64,000 nt of DNA, from contig CAZARR010000002.1 of NCBI GenBank assembly GCA_964487665.1, forward strand, positions 8,597-72,596. Reading direction: 5' to 3'. The notes under the pieces are model-generated. The model saw only the letters and a list, made by a program, of their open reading frames with translations, was not told where the DNA came from and did no database searches. Of the stretch, positions 37,601 to 48,815 are shown piece after piece. Made by a program: the position numbers and the translations under genes. The number at the start of each line of letters is the position of its first letter. The stretch's first letter is position 1. The DNA is from an uncultured Pseudomonadales bacterium (GTDB lineage: Bacteria; Patescibacteriota; Microgenomatia; UBA1400; MFAQ01).

Positions 37601-38584
37601 CTACCCCGTTGAGGATACTACTCTCAAGCTCTTCTTTAGCCACCGATCAATCTCATGTCTTCGTAATAAACCATTTTTTGCGCCATATTTTGTTACCTCG
37701 CTACCTCCGTTAGCCAACCCCATTTTCAATAAAATTTCGTCAGTTTTTCCTTCCAAAACTCCAGCAATCACCCCCGAACAAAACCCATCGCCAGCCCCAG
37801 TATCGTCTATTGATTTCAATGGAAATGCAGACATTTTTATTGTCACACCGCCAGAAACAATACACGCTCCCCTTGCCCCATCCGTTACAGCAACCTTGTT
37901 TACACCCCAATCTTTGGTCTTTCGAATTATTTCATCCCAATTTTCATATTGCTCACCGGTCAAATCAGCAGCCTCTAACCTATTCAAGATCACTATTTTG
38001 ATTTTGGGAAACAACTCCAACAATTTTTCCCTCTTCGTAATCTCTTTTTTACCAGGATTAATACTCACTCCAATTCCTTTCTTTGCCGCGTACACTACCA
38101 AATCCTCGAGCAAACCAATGTCCCCACCCAAACTCGCAATATGAATCCAGTCCACCTTGCTCACAAAATCCCAATTTATGTCATTTGACTTAATTTCCGC
38201 ACTTGCTCCCCTGTAAGTAATGATCGACCTTCCTCCTTTTGGCCCAACCAGAACCACCGATATCCCCGTCGAAATCTCGCTTTCCTGTACCAAATCCATG
38301 TTTACCTTTTCCGTCTCCAAGTTATTTTTAATCATTTTTCCGAAACCGTCTCTTCCCACACACACTATTGGGGCACACAACAAACCCAAGCGAGTCAAAC
38401 CCACAGCAACATTCGTTCCCGCGCCGCCCACAGCCATCTCCATATGATCGATCTCCATTTTTCCCCCATATACTTCACAGAGCGCCACGCCCCCCTCTAC
38501 CTCGTGACTTTTTAGTATTCTAAACAAATTTGACCTCATGATCATGTCCACTATTGCTGAGCCCACCACCACTACTTTTTTCAC
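37601..38584 (-). CDS. PfkB family carbohydrate kinase
   Basis: GGAGTNVAVGLTRLG, NRLEA, DDTGAGDGF. Confidence 0.9.
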   Translation of the reverse strand: MKKVVVVGSAIVDMIMRSNLFRILKSHEVEGGVALCEVYGGKMEIDHMEMAVGGAGTNVAVGLTRLGLLCAPIVCVGRDGFGKMIKNNLETEKVNMDLVQESEISTGISVVLVGPKGGRSIITYRGASAEIKSNDINWDFVSKVDWIHIASLGGDIGLLEDLVVYAAKKGIGVSINPGKKEITKREKLLELFPKIKIVILNRLEAADLTGEQYENWDEIIRKTKDWGVNKVAVTDGARGACIVSGGVTIKMSAFPLKSIDDTGAGDGFCSGVIAGVLEGKTDEILLKMGLANGGSEVTKYGAKNGLLRRHEIDRWLKKSLRVVSSTG

Positions 38585-39519
38585 CTTGTTCTCCTGCTCA
38601 TAGCCTCCACCAAAGTTTTGGCGATACTATTAACATCCATACCGTACTTTCTTCTCAACTCGTTTACCGTACCACTTTCTCCAAAACAATCTGGCATTCC
38701 CACTCTGGTTACGAAAACGGGCCAACTTTCACCACACACTTCCGCTACCGCCCCACCCAACCCGGCAACAATACTATGCTCCTCAATAGTTACCACCTTC
38801 CCTGTTTTTTTTACACTTCCTATGAGCACATGGTTGTCGAATGGTTTAATACTCGACACATTTATCACCTCAACACTGATCTTTTGTTCTACCAATTCCG
38901 CCACCTCTAGTGCTACCTCTACCATTGATCCGCACGCTACCAAAGTGACATCCTTACCACTTCTCAAAATATATGCGCGCCCTCCTTCTATCACTCCGTT
39001 TGTTACTATTGAGCCTGGCTCCTTGCTGATCCTAATATAAACCGGCCCCGGACAGTTGACGGCTTCAACGGGCACCTGTTTTGCCTGTGCATAGTCTGCA
39101 GGTACAAGAACCGTCAAATTAGGCATTACCCTGGTTATGGCAATATCCTCAAATGCTTGTTGATTTGCCCCGTCTCCGCCATTACCAAATCCCGCATGTG
39201 CACCAATGATCTTTACATTTTGCCTTGACAAACAAACCGAAATCCTCATCTGTTCCCAGTTTCGTCCCGGATTAAAAACAGCAAACGAAGCCACAAACGG
39301 GATCAATCCTTCGGCCGCCATCCCCGCAGCCACCCCCATCATGTTTTGTTCGGCGATTCCCATCTCGAAAAACCTATCCGGGTACAATTTCTTAAACTCA
39401 AGCAGTCTTATGCTCTCCGCCAAATCAGCACACAACACTACAATCCGAGAATCTCTTTTGGCTATTTCACACAATCCCTCACTCAAACCATCCCGCATGG
39501 ATACCTGACCGCTAGTCAT
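38581..39519 (-). CDS. transketolase C-terminal subunit
   Basis: LCADL, GIAEQNM, GPVYIR, EEHS..GLG. Confidence 0.93.
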   Translation of the reverse strand: MTSGQVSMRDGLSEGLCEIAKRDSRIVVLCADLAESIRLLEFKKLYPDRFFEMGIAEQNMMGVAAGMAAEGLIPFVASFAVFNPGRNWEQMRISVCLSRQNVKIIGAHAGFGNGGDGANQQAFEDIAITRVMPNLTVLVPADYAQAKQVPVEAVNCPGPVYIRISKEPGSIVTNGVIEGGRAYILRSGKDVTLVACGSMVEVALEVAELVEQKISVEVINVSSIKPFDNHVLIGSVKKTGKVVTIEEHSIVAGLGGAVAEVCGESWPVFVTRVGMPDCFGESGTVNELRRKYGMDVNSIAKTLVEAMSRRTR

Positions 39520-40360
39520 AGCTTACCTTTCCCGACAAGGTTCTAATTTCTCTAAGTTGCATCAGCGCTTCAACTGCTTCACCTATTTTTGGAACCTTAC
39601 CATGCCAAGGAAACTGATTTTCCATAAAAGAAATCCCCTTTCCTGGTGTCGTGTGCAATACTAGGATTTGTGGCTTATCAGGTACCAAAGCCGCGGCATC
39701 GATCGCCTCTCCTATTTTTGACACACTGTGTCCATCAACCTCCCTGACCCACAAATTAAAGGCTTCATATTTACCAGTCAAAGGCTCCATCGGCCAAATT
39801 TCTTCCGAGAACCCATCTAATTGGATATTATTTCGATCCACCACAAAAGTGAGATTAGCCAATTTATACTTTGCCGCAGCCACGTATGCTTCCCACACCT
39901 GCCCCTCATCCTGCTCACCATCCCCCATAAAACAGATTACTCGCCATCTTTTTTTCATGATTTTTCCTGCCAATGCCATTCCAACAGCTTGACTGGCACC
40001 TTGGCCCAAAGAGCCACTACTAATCTCAACTCCCGGCAGTAGATGATTAATTGGATGGCCCTGCAAACGACTCCCTAGCTGCCTCAACGTTAATAACTCA
40101 CTCTGATCAAAAAAGCCCGCCAAGGCCAAACTGGCGTACAAAACTGGAGCATAGTGACCTGCGCTCAACACTACCCGATCCCTATCTTCCCACCAAGGAT
40201 TATCTGGTTTTACCGCCACTTTTCCGCCAAAATACAACGTAGCCCAAAAGTCCGCCGAACCTAACGGACCAGCTGTGTGTCCTGACCCAGCATTGGTCAA
40301 CATTTTAATTATCTCTAGCCGGATTTCCCCAGCTTTCTTTTCCACTAATCCGCTATCCAT
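39512..40360 (-). CDS. transketolase N-terminal subunit
   Basis: SGH, DRVVLSAGH, LQGHP, GSLGQG, GDGE..EGQVWEA, DRN. Confidence 0.94.
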   Translation of the reverse strand: MDSGLVEKKAGEIRLEIIKMLTNAGSGHTAGPLGSADFWATLYFGGKVAVKPDNPWWEDRDRVVLSAGHYAPVLYASLALAGFFDQSELLTLRQLGSRLQGHPINHLLPGVEISSGSLGQGASQAVGMALAGKIMKKRWRVICFMGDGEQDEGQVWEAYVAAAKYKLANLTFVVDRNNIQLDGFSEEIWPMEPLTGKYEAFNLWVREVDGHSVSKIGEAIDAAALVPDKPQILVLHTTPGKGISFMENQFPWHGKVPKIGEAVEALMQLREIRTLSGKVSYD

Positions 40361-40362
40361 AA

Positions 40363-41001
40363 CTAATTATCAATAAATGCCATTTCCGGCTTGGTCGTAT
40401 CGACCATCGGAATTTTCTGTCGGCTTCCCAGCTCCTTGTCAAATTGTTCTAAATAAGAGATAACCATTTCTGGTGTGGTAGCTATCCTATAAACTCTTAA
40501 GGCACCCGGTCTTGCGTCTCCGATTAACAAATTTTTTACCAAAGCCTCTGTAACTTCGTGCCAAAAACTGCCATAAAAAATAATTGGCTTGTGGTGTCCA
40601 AAATAAAGATACGCCAAACCCCATGCCATACCCAGCTCAGACAACGTACCCGTTCCACCATTCATAATCACATAAGCATTACCCAACTCCAGTAACTTCA
40701 TCGTTCGATCGACATAATTATCCATCACGACTTCCTTATCAGCCTTGTTGTTTGGGTCTTTACCTTCAAAGTTCTCGATATATTTAGGATAAAACGTTGC
40801 TACCATTACTCGCCCCGACCCTGCATGCGCCCCCTCAGTCGCTGCCCGCATTACTCCCGGCCCACCACCATTAACAACACCCAACCCATTCCTTGCCAAC
40901 TCCTTTGCTACTGCAAATGCATCTTTGTACAACTCACTTCCAGGCTGAGCATTAGCATGACCAAAAATCGTTACTGCTTTAATATTTACAAACTTCATCA
41001 C
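40363..41001 (-). CDS. LOG family nucleotide-binding protein
   Basis: VTIFG, NGGGPGVM, GGTGTLSEL. Confidence 0.85.
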   Translation of the reverse strand: MMKFVNIKAVTIFGHANAQPGSELYKDAFAVAKELARNGLGVVNGGGPGVMRAATEGAHAGSGRVMVATFYPKYIENFEGKDPNNKADKEVVMDNYVDRTMKLLELGNAYVIMNGGTGTLSELGMAWGLAYLYFGHHKPIIFYGSFWHEVTEALVKNLLIGDARPGALRVYRIATTPEMVISYLEQFDKELGSRQKIPMVDTTKPEMAFIDN

Positions 41002-41012
41002 TTACCATCTTA

Positions 41013-41699
41013 TCACTCGTGAACAACTAGACTGGTTAGCCTGGTCCACTCGTTCTGTATATTTACCGCTTTCAGCAAATGACTACCAACCACAAACTCC
41101 ATTCCCGCAAACGAATAATCCAACTCATCCTCTCGCATTTCTTCGTCCCACTCAGCTGCGATACACCACTTAATTTTTTCCTCATCTAGCCCTCCGTCAA
41201 TTACCAAATGAACTCGTTTTGACCATTCTCTCACTCTCTTTATTCTCGCCAAAACACGTTGATCAAATCCCCCTCCCTGCTCACCCATAGGCGCACCCAT
41301 CAATAACACTGCATCCACGTCATCGATTATTTTAGTCAAAGGTTCCAAGTCGGTCTCTAATCCAAATGCCAACCCTATTTCCAGCCCCAGAGCTTGACCA
41401 TCTGCGACAAAAGAAGTTACACTGTCCATCTCTTCAATCTGCCCAAACACCCTCTTGACTCCTGCTTTCCTCACATGACCCAAATACTGCTCTGGCTTAC
41501 TAACCATCAAGTGGATATCCCACTCCGCCTCAGAATAACTGTCTAGGTACTCCAACCCCACCGTTTTTCTTGCTGCAAACACCCCGTCAATCACGTCCAG
41601 CTGAATGCGATTAGTCACTTGAATGCATTTATCTACCTCTTCTCGAAATTGGCTAACATTATCCGCTAATATTGCTGGAATTACTTTTACCAAATTCAT
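41013..41699 (-). CDS. rpe: ribulose-phosphate 3-epimerase
   Basis: IPAIL, QLDVIDG.F, DIHLMV, LLMG...G.QG, IDGG. Confidence 0.85.
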   Translation of the reverse strand: MNLVKVIPAILADNVSQFREEVDKCIQVTNRIQLDVIDGVFAARKTVGLEYLDSYSEAEWDIHLMVSKPEQYLGHVRKAGVKRVFGQIEEMDSVTSFVADGQALGLEIGLAFGLETDLEPLTKIIDDVDAVLLMGAPMGEQGGGFDQRVLARIKRVREWSKRVHLVIDGGLDEEKIKWCIAAEWDEEMREDELDYSFAGMEFVVGSHLLKAVNIQNEWTRLTSLVVHE

Positions 41700-42136
41700 A
41701 CAATTCTCTTTAACTTTTCTAATCTTCGCACGAACCTCTCTACCCCAGAAAATTCAGTTTCCAAAAACACACGCGTATACTCGACTGCCTCCTGCTCGCG
41801 AACAAAATCTCCCGGTAGCGACAAACAATTAATATCGTCGTCGTTACGAGCCGACCGCACCACCTCCACGCTAAAACCCAATCCACAGCGCATCCACCTA
41901 AACCTATTAGCCACGATCTGCATTCCCACCCCATTTCTACAAATCAATATACCTCGAGCCAATCGGTCATCTCGCATCTTCAAAGCTACTGCTTCGGCCC
42001 AGTCCACATAGTCGTCATCTCCAACTTTGGCAAAATCACCACAGTCAACTGTCTCATAACCATTCAGGCCTAACCACTCTAAAAGCTTGCCCTTCAACTC
42101 AAAACCCCCATGGTCTGCACCCAAAAAGACCTTCAT
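41696..42136 (-). CDS. rpiB: ribose-5-phosphate isomerase B
   Basis: GADHGGFELK, DDY, GILICRNGVGM..VANR, ARNDDDIN. Confidence 0.92.
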   Translation of the reverse strand: MKVFLGADHGGFELKGKLLEWLGLNGYETVDCGDFAKVGDDDYVDWAEAVALKMRDDRLARGILICRNGVGMQIVANRFRWMRCGLGFSVEVVRSARNDDDINCLSLPGDFVREQEAVEYTRVFLETEFSGVERFVRRLEKLKRIV

Positions 42137-42155
42137 CTTTCCATTCTAACAAATT

Positions 42156-42452
42156 TTAGTCAAACCCCAACTCCGCTTTTGCTTCGTCACTCATCATATC
42201 CGGCACCCATGGTGGATCCCAAATTAGTTCTGTCCTTACATCACCTATACCCTTCACTTTTTTTACTTCCGTTTTTACCATGATATCAATCATGCTTGCC
42301 AGTGGACAACCAGGCGATGTCAAAGTCATCCTTACCACCGTGTCACCACTCTTTCTTACACTGATCTTATAAATTAACCCCAAGCTGACAATATCAATCC
42401 CCAACTCGGGATCCACCACCCTCCTCAAAGCTTGTTTTATCTCTTTAATCAT
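42156..42452 (-). CDS. DUF59/SufT Fe-S assembly protein
   Basis: VVDPELGIDIVSLGLIY, MTLTSPGCP, WDPPW. Confidence 0.92.
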   Translation of the reverse strand: MIKEIKQALRRVVDPELGIDIVSLGLIYKISVRKSGDTVVRMTLTSPGCPLASMIDIMVKTEVKKVKGIGDVRTELIWDPPWVPDMMSDEAKAELGFD

Positions 42453-43135
42453 CGTTTAAACAACCACCCACCAACCACTAGCATTAATGCTCCTAGTATC
42501 AACCTAATCCACCTTTCACTTTTGTGCTCCCATTCCTTCAATAGCATTAGCTCTTTGCCCCTCTCTACCAATATCAACACTACCACCAAGGGAGACACAA
42601 ACACAACGTTGTAATACAAAAATAACATTAGCAATTTAGGAATCCCCAAGCCAGAGTTTGCAATAGCTATAGCAGTTCCCACATAAAGGGGCATCATACA
42701 CGGGGACCCCATCAAAGTTGTCAGCATCCCTGCCAAAATCGCCACATACACATTCGACCGTGACATCAAACGCCCAAACTGTTTATCCAACCCCTCTGGC
42801 ATCCGCACCTTTAACGATGAGTCAGGCCAAAAACCACCAATCAATTGCAATATTCCAAAAAAGATTACTCCACCTCCAGCAATCCGAAACAAATACCTTG
42901 CTAACACTGTTCTTTGCAAAAAAAAGGCCAAGTTGTAAAAAAACAACCCTACCAATAGATAAGACATAAACACGCTAGCAATATAAATCAAACCCAACCG
43001 AAGTACTCTCGACTGCCCCTTTTTATTCTGTACCCCAAAAACCAGCAGGTATCCCAAAAACATCACCATTAGCCCTATACCACAAGGGTTTAGACCACCC
43101 AACAATGCCGAAACTGTCAAAGTAGCGACGTTCAT
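42449..43135 (-). CDS. CcdA/DsbD-like membrane thiol-disulfide transporter
   Basis: About 6 TM with two Pro-Cys motifs (LNPCG, GSPCM). Confidence 0.75.
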   Translation of the reverse strand: MNVATLTVSALLGGLNPCGIGLMVMFLGYLLVFGVQNKKGQSRVLRLGLIYIASVFMSYLLVGLFFYNLAFFLQRTVLARYLFRIAGGGVIFFGILQLIGGFWPDSSLKVRMPEGLDKQFGRLMSRSNVYVAILAGMLTTLMGSPCMMPLYVGTAIAIANSGLGIPKLLMLFLYYNVVFVSPLVVVLILVERGKELMLLKEWEHKSERWIRLILGALMLVVGGWLFKR

Positions 43136-43767
43136 CTCGTCTTAAGTTTTTCCTTTACTTTAGAAAGCACCAGATTACTCGCAACCATTTCTCCATCTAT
43201 ATAAAAAGTAGGTGTGCCCGATAACCTGATTCTATTACCCAAATTAATATCCTCATTTACCGCACTTGCCACATCTTCCGACTTCTGTTTTGCCACAAAA
43301 TCGCTTTCTACCATGCCTAGACCGGTAGCATAACCAACGACCGCTCGATCAAGCTTATCTCCATCCAAACTTTCCCACTCGCTTTGTTTGTCAAACATTA
43401 CTTCCAACATATCCCATCCCTTCCCCAACTTTGTGGCTGCCTCAACCGAACGAGCTCCAAATAACGAATTCTTGTGAACAGTCGTCAACGGATAATGTCG
43501 GTAGACAAACGTCACTCCAGCCATCGTCCTTAGCTCCTTTCCTATTGGCTCGGCCGTCTTGCAAGCTGGGCACTGAACATCAGAAAACTCCACTACCAAT
43601 ACTTTCTCCTGTCCATTTTTACTTACTAACCTCGCCCCCGTTACCAAATCGTCGCTAATTTTCGCCACCCCCCCGTCTCCGGATAATCGTGACAACCCCA
43701 CCACCACCAGGACTACCACTAGCAAGCTTCCAAGTAATACCCCAATAGTCAATTTCAAATTAATCAT
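43132..43767 (-). CDS. DsbA family oxidoreductase, canonical domain order
   Basis: TM anchor, EFSDVQCPAC, RHYPL..H, then SGTPTFYIDG. Confidence 0.9.
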   Translation of the reverse strand: MINLKLTIGVLLGSLLVVVLVVVGLSRLSGDGGVAKISDDLVTGARLVSKNGQEKVLVVEFSDVQCPACKTAEPIGKELRTMAGVTFVYRHYPLTTVHKNSLFGARSVEAATKLGKGWDMLEVMFDKQSEWESLDGDKLDRAVVGYATGLGMVESDFVAKQKSEDVASAVNEDINLGNRIRLSGTPTFYIDGEMVASNLVLSKVKEKLKTR

Positions 43768-43818
43768 TACTTTCTATTATATTCGTTACAGCTCGTCTGA
43801 ACATATTAACACAGACAA

Positions 43819-44505
43819 CTAGAAGTATTTCTCTGTTTTTATTGCCGTCTCCGGTACCCCCAAACCCACAAAGATCTTCGCGCAACTATATACCATCTCC
43901 CTTCCACCACACAGATAAACAATACTCTGTGAAAAATCACCAGACGACTTTGTTATCAAGTCCTGCACGTGTCCCACCTCTCCCGTCCATTTTTCATTTG
44001 TACCGGAAAGCACCATTTTGAAACCATCACCCAACATTTTTTCAAAATGCTCTTGCCAAAACAAATCCTTTTGATACCTCATCCCCCACCACAACCTAAT
44101 TCTAGCTTTTTTTGCTTCAGCCAACCCCCCAACCATCGAGCGAAAAGGGGCAATTCCGCTTCCTGTGGCCACGAAGATATACTCCGGCGCCGCTTCGAGC
44201 ACAAACGACCCCATCGGACCTAAAATTTCTACCTCTGACCCACTCTTGAGTGCTAGTATATATCTCGACCCGATTCCCATTGGTGACACGTCGATTAGCA
44301 GTTCTACTTCTTTTCCTCCCGGTCTACTACATATTGAATAAGACCGCCTGTCACCGCTTTTGCTAACCAACAAGCTCACATATTGTCCAGGAGAAAAATT
44401 GAATTCTTCAGCTAAATCCAATCTTATCAGCCAATAATTTCCCGCCAGTAGCCTTTTGCCCGCCACTCTCGCCCAGATTTTTTTTACCCTAGTTTTTTCC
44501 ATCAA
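43819..44505 (-). CDS. ferredoxin-NADP reductase-like FAD/NAD(P)H oxidoreductase
   Basis: PGQY, RSYSI, GPMG, ATGSGIAP, YLCG, EKY. Confidence 0.9.
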   Translation of the reverse strand: MMEKTRVKKIWARVAGKRLLAGNYWLIRLDLAEEFNFSPGQYVSLLVSKSGDRRSYSICSRPGGKEVELLIDVSPMGIGSRYILALKSGSEVEILGPMGSFVLEAAPEYIFVATGSGIAPFRSMVGGLAEAKKARIRLWWGMRYQKDLFWQEHFEKMLGDGFKMVLSGTNEKWTGEVGHVQDLITKSSGDFSQSIVYLCGGREMVYSCAKIFVGLGVPETAIKTEKYF

Positions 44506-44848
44506 ATATCTTACTCATGGCACGATAAAACAAGGTGGCGCATTTCATTCGCCCCAGACCTATTCCTCCCAGCATTTCAGACACACCTTTTTCCCCCAAA
44601 CTTAGTAAATCTGCCTTCCCCATCCCAATTATTTTTTCCGACAACATACTGGCGGCTGCAGTAGATATCACACACCCAACACCCCTCCACCCAACCTTTG
44701 CTACTTTTCCTTTATCAAACGTCACCCCCACCTCTACCATATCCCCACACGATGCGTTAGCCTCCCTAATCACCAGCTCCGCCCCAGCTAACTGCCCAAA
44801 ATTCCTCGGGTGTTTAGCGTGGTCCAAAATATTTTCACTATAATCCAC
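44489..44848 (-). CDS. sufU: SufU/IscU-type scaffold or sulfur-transfer protein
   Basis: ILDH..HPRNFG, NASCGD, GCVIS.A.ASM, RMKCA. Confidence 0.9.
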   Translation of the reverse strand: MDYSENILDHAKHPRNFGQLAGAELVIREANASCGDMVEVGVTFDKGKVAKVGWRGVGCVISTAAASMLSEKIIGMGKADLLSLGEKGVSEMLGGIGLGRMKCATLFYRAMSKIFDGKN

Positions 44849-44851
44849 TTT

Positions 44852-46126
44852 TCAACTGAATATTTTTTTAATTTTCCCGATCCCCAAAATCAAGGCGTCA
44901 ATTTCCTCTACTGTTGTATAAACATAGAAACTAGCCCTTACCATGGCCACTTCCCCGAAAGATGCCACGAGGGGCGCCCCACAATGTTGTCCGCTGCGCA
45001 CGGCGATTCCTTCACTATCCAAAACTTGTGCCGCATCATGAGCATGAACCTTACCCACGTTAAAGGTAATTACTCCAGATCGCCATTCTGAATTACGCAC
45101 ACCAAAAAGTCGAATCTCACCTCTATTTTCCAAATCAATAAACTTTTCTAGGGCATATTCGGTTAGATTCTTCTCATGTCTGCAAATTGCATCCATTCTC
45201 AAGGACGACAAGTAGTCAACCGCCCTCCCCAACCCCACAATACCGGCAATGTCCGGCGTCCCTGCCTCAAATTTATTTGGGACTTCAGCCCAGGTGGCCT
45301 TGGCCATCCCCACCTCGTTTATCATGTCACCTCCATACAAAAACGGCTCCATCTTCCTTAACAATTCCTCTTTTCCCCACACACATCCAATTCCCGTCGG
45401 CCCAAGCATCTTATGACCGGAAAAAACTAAAAAGTCCACTCCCAGTTTCTTGACGTCAACCTCTTTATGGGGGACCAACTGCGCCCCGTCTAGCACAATC
45501 ACAGCACCGGGAGCTTTTTTTCGCACCAGCCTCACCACCTCTTCTAACCTAGTAATACTTCCCAAAACGTTACTGACCGCACTCAAAGCTACGATCACCA
45601 CTTTCTCAGAGAGTAAATTATCCAAAGCTCCCAAATGTACACCATCAATCACTCTGGCTTTCTCTTCCATGAGTACCATCTCTCCATCACTATTGACGTT
45701 TACCATCGCCAACTTCAAACCCCGCTCCCTCGCCAGCTCCTGCCAAGGTACCAAATTCGAATGATGCTCCAGACGACTGACGACAATTTCCCTCCCCTTC
45801 GCCGCCACCCCCCTGCCATAACTATTTGCAATCAAATTCAAACCCTCACTGGCATTTCGCACAAAGATTACCTCATTCGTCTTCGCCCCAATAAACTTCG
45901 CTACTTTTTCTCTCGATTCATCCACCATCTTGGTAGCCTCAACCGAAAGAGTATGCACTCCACGATGGATATTCGCGTTATGATTTTCATAAAAGTCGAC
46001 AATACTTTCAATTACCTGCCGAGGTTTTTGGCTGGTCGCTGCGCTATCCAAATACACCAATTTTTTCCCGTTTACCCTTCGCTTTAGTATCGGAAAGTCT
46101 CCCCGAACTTTATCCACATCAAACAT
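44852..46126 (-). CDS. sufS: cysteine desulfurase
   Basis: YLDSAATSQKP, EHHSN, SGHKMLGPTG, RSGQHC. Confidence 0.95.
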   Translation of the reverse strand: MFDVDKVRGDFPILKRRVNGKKLVYLDSAATSQKPRQVIESIVDFYENHNANIHRGVHTLSVEATKMVDESREKVAKFIGAKTNEVIFVRNASEGLNLIANSYGRGVAAKGREIVVSRLEHHSNLVPWQELARERGLKLAMVNVNSDGEMVLMEEKARVIDGVHLGALDNLLSEKVVIVALSAVSNVLGSITRLEEVVRLVRKKAPGAVIVLDGAQLVPHKEVDVKKLGVDFLVFSGHKMLGPTGIGCVWGKEELLRKMEPFLYGGDMINEVGMAKATWAEVPNKFEAGTPDIAGIVGLGRAVDYLSSLRMDAICRHEKNLTEYALEKFIDLENRGEIRLFGVRNSEWRSGVITFNVGKVHAHDAAQVLDSEGIAVRSGQHCGAPLVASFGEVAMVRASFYVYTTVEEIDALILGIGKIKKIFS

Positions 46127-46166
46127 AGGCTAATTCTAACACCACCAGTGCCAACCTCTAACTAAT

Positions 46167-46634
46167 TTAATCCCCCAAAAATCCTCTTATCAACATCTTC
46201 TCCGCCTCACTCCTGGTTAAGCCTCGGCCCATCATATAAAAGAGTTGGGCTTCATCCAAAGGCGCCACCGTCGCCGCATGACTTGCCTTTACCTGGTTAG
46301 CCTCAATCTCAAGTTTTGGCTCCACCTCCACGCTCGAGATATTGTCCAGCAAAATTGCTCGAACATCCAAAAAACTATCCACTCCATCTGCCCCCTTTCC
46401 AATTTTTATCATCCCAACAATTTTTACCTTTGCCCCCCCACCAGCTATCACCCGTACCTCCACCTTCGCCTTCGTATTTTCCACCCCGTGTTTAACTACG
46501 ATTTCAACTTGATAGTCGCCAATCTCCTCTGCCCTAACTATCGTTTCCAAAAACTTTTCCCCCCCAGGCACTTTCAACTCCATTGTCTTTCTTTTCGAAC
46601 CTGGTTTTGTTATTAGCCAACGAAGCTTACTCAT
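46167..46634 (-). CDS. sufD: short SufD (C-terminal domain only)
   Basis: [28 protein letters not shown]; 155 aa. Confidence 0.82.
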   Translation of the reverse strand: MSKLRWLITKPGSKRKTMELKVPGGEKFLETIVRAEEIGDYQVEIVVKHGVENTKAKVEVRVIAGGGAKVKIVGMIKIGKGADGVDSFLDVRAILLDNISSVEVEPKLEIEANQVKASHAATVAPLDEAQLFYMMGRGLTRSEAEKMLIRGFLGD

Positions 46635-48058
46635 CCCACACTTCCTTCCATCTCTAATTCCACCAACCGGTTCATCTCTACCGCATACTCCAAGGGTATC
46701 TGTTTGATTATCGGCGCCAGAAACCCATTCACAATTAATGCTTCAGCTTGATGCTCATTTATTCCTCGGCTCATTAAATAAAACAATTGTTCTTCTCCCA
46801 CCTTCGATACAGTAGCCTCGTGTTCCAAGATTGCATCACTCTCCCAAATATTGTTGGTTGGATAGGTATCTGACCGGCTCAAGCTATCCAAAATTAAAGC
46901 GTCGCACACTACCTTGCTCCGGGCCTTAATCGCCCCCTTGTTAATTTTTACCAACCCCCGATAGCTCGCCCGCCCCCCATCCTTGCTTATTGACTTACTA
47001 ATTATCTGAGAACTTGTTTCGCTCCCCAGGTGAATCATCTTTGCTCCCGTATCCTGATGCTGTCCTGCCCCTGCAAAAGCAACTGACAGCATTTCTCCTT
47101 TCGCTCGTCGGCCCACCAAGATACACCCGGGATACTTCATCGTCAATTTACTTCCCAGGTTACCGTCGACCCACCTCATCTCCCCTTCTTCTTCCACCCA
47201 GGCTCGTTTTGTCACCAGGTTGTATACATTTCGATACCAGTTCTGAACCGTGGTATAGACTACTCTGGCCCCTTTCTTTACCACCACCTCCACCACTGCT
47301 GCATGCAACGATCCCGATGAATAAGCAGGGGCGGAACAGCCTTCCACGTAATGCACACTGCTTCCCTCATCAGCAATAATTAGCGTTCTCTCAAACTGCC
47401 CTGCTCTTTCAGCGTTAATCCGAAAATATGTTTGCAAAGGTAGGTCGACCTTTACCCCCTTTGGCACATACACAAAAGAACCACCAGACCACACCGCACT
47501 ATTCAAGGCAGCTAGTTTATTATCTCCCCTCGCCACCACTTTTCCAAAATATTGTTTAACCAATTCCGGATATTTTGCCAAGCCTTCATCCATCGAGGTA
47601 AAAATTACCCCCTTACTTTCCAAACTTTTCTTTAGTGATCCATAAATTACCTCGCTATCATATTGCGCCTTCACCCCAGCCAACACATCTCGTTCAGCCT
47701 CAGGCACCCCAATCTTCTCAAATGTTTTTCTGATATTCTCAGGTACATCCTCCCATTTACGCGAGACTCCTCCGGCTGGTCGTAGATAATAACAGATATC
47801 AGCAAAATCGATTCCCGACAAATCACCTCCCCATGTTGGTATAGGTAACTGCCCAAACCCAACCAGTGATTGCAAACGGTAATCAAGCATCCATTTCGGC
47901 TCTTTCTTTTCTTGCGACAACTGCCTAATCAACTCTTCCCCCAATCCCATACTAAGAATCTTTTCGTATTCAACTTTGTCCTTATGTCCCAGACTATAAC
48001 CATCCACCATATTTCCAACACCATTTGTATTTATCCCCACTTTTGAAAAGCGACTCAT
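46631..48058 (-). CDS. sufB: Fe-S cluster assembly protein SufB
   Basis: [45 protein letters not shown]. Confidence 0.96.
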   Translation of the reverse strand: MSRFSKVGINTNGVGNMVDGYSLGHKDKVEYEKILSMGLGEELIRQLSQEKKEPKWMLDYRLQSLVGFGQLPIPTWGGDLSGIDFADICYYLRPAGGVSRKWEDVPENIRKTFEKIGVPEAERDVLAGVKAQYDSEVIYGSLKKSLESKGVIFTSMDEGLAKYPELVKQYFGKVVARGDNKLAALNSAVWSGGSFVYVPKGVKVDLPLQTYFRINAERAGQFERTLIIADEGSSVHYVEGCSAPAYSSGSLHAAVVEVVVKKGARVVYTTVQNWYRNVYNLVTKRAWVEEEGEMRWVDGNLGSKLTMKYPGCILVGRRAKGEMLSVAFAGAGQHQDTGAKMIHLGSETSSQIISKSISKDGGRASYRGLVKINKGAIKARSKVVCDALILDSLSRSDTYPTNNIWESDAILEHEATVSKVGEEQLFYLMSRGINEHQAEALIVNGFLAPIIKQIPLEYAVEMNRLVELEMEGSVG

Positions 48059-48798
48059 TTTGCCTCTCTCCCGGAAAAACCATCCCTCTCCACCATGTCG
48101 ACCAACTCACTTCCCCCATACCTAACCATATTTCCTTCTTTAAGTAAAAAAACCTTATCTGGTTCTAAATATTTAAGCAATCTTTGGTAATGTGTGATCA
48201 CCAATGTCCCCATTTGTTTATTTTTTACCAATGTACCAATTGCTTTCGCTACGACCCGCAGACCATCCACATCCAACCCTGAATCAACCTCATCGACAAT
48301 TGCGTATTTCGGTTTCATTATAATCATTTGTAACGTCTCCATTCTTTTCTTTTCTCCTCCAGAAAAACCATCGTTAATTCCGCGCTTAATCAAATCATCC
48401 TTAATTAACAATGATTTAGCCACCGATAACACCTCATTTTTCAAATCGATCGCCGTTGTCATTTTTCCGCCCTCCTCTTTTTGCCTTAATGCTGCCAACA
48501 TTAATTCTTTGACATTTACCCCAGGAATCGCCGTCGGGTACTGGGAAAGTAGAAATAACCCAGCCCTAGCCCGTTCATCCACACCCATTCTTGTAACATC
48601 TACGCTATCAATTTTGATTGATCCTTCTACAATCTGATAGTACGGATGCCCCGCAATAGTTAGCCCCAAACTCGACTTACCTGATCCATTCGGTCCCATC
48701 AACACCACCACCTCCCCCGATTTAATTTCCAAGGACACCGACTGGAGCACCCTTTTGCCACCCACGTCAACCGATAGATTTTTTACCAATAACGACAT
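48055..48798 (-). CDS. sufC: Fe-S cluster assembly ATPase SufC
   Basis: [34 protein letters not shown]. Confidence 0.96.
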   Translation of the reverse strand: MSLLVKNLSVDVGGKRVLQSVSLEIKSGEVVVLMGPNGSGKSSLGLTIAGHPYYQIVEGSIKIDSVDVTRMGVDERARAGLFLLSQYPTAIPGVNVKELMLAALRQKEEGGKMTTAIDLKNEVLSVAKSLLIKDDLIKRGINDGFSGGEKKRMETLQMIIMKPKYAIVDEVDSGLDVDGLRVVAKAIGTLVKNKQMGTLVITHYQRLLKYLEPDKVFLLKEGNMVRYGGSELVDMVERDGFSGREAK

Positions 48799-48815
48799 AA
48801 TTCCAATATGATACC

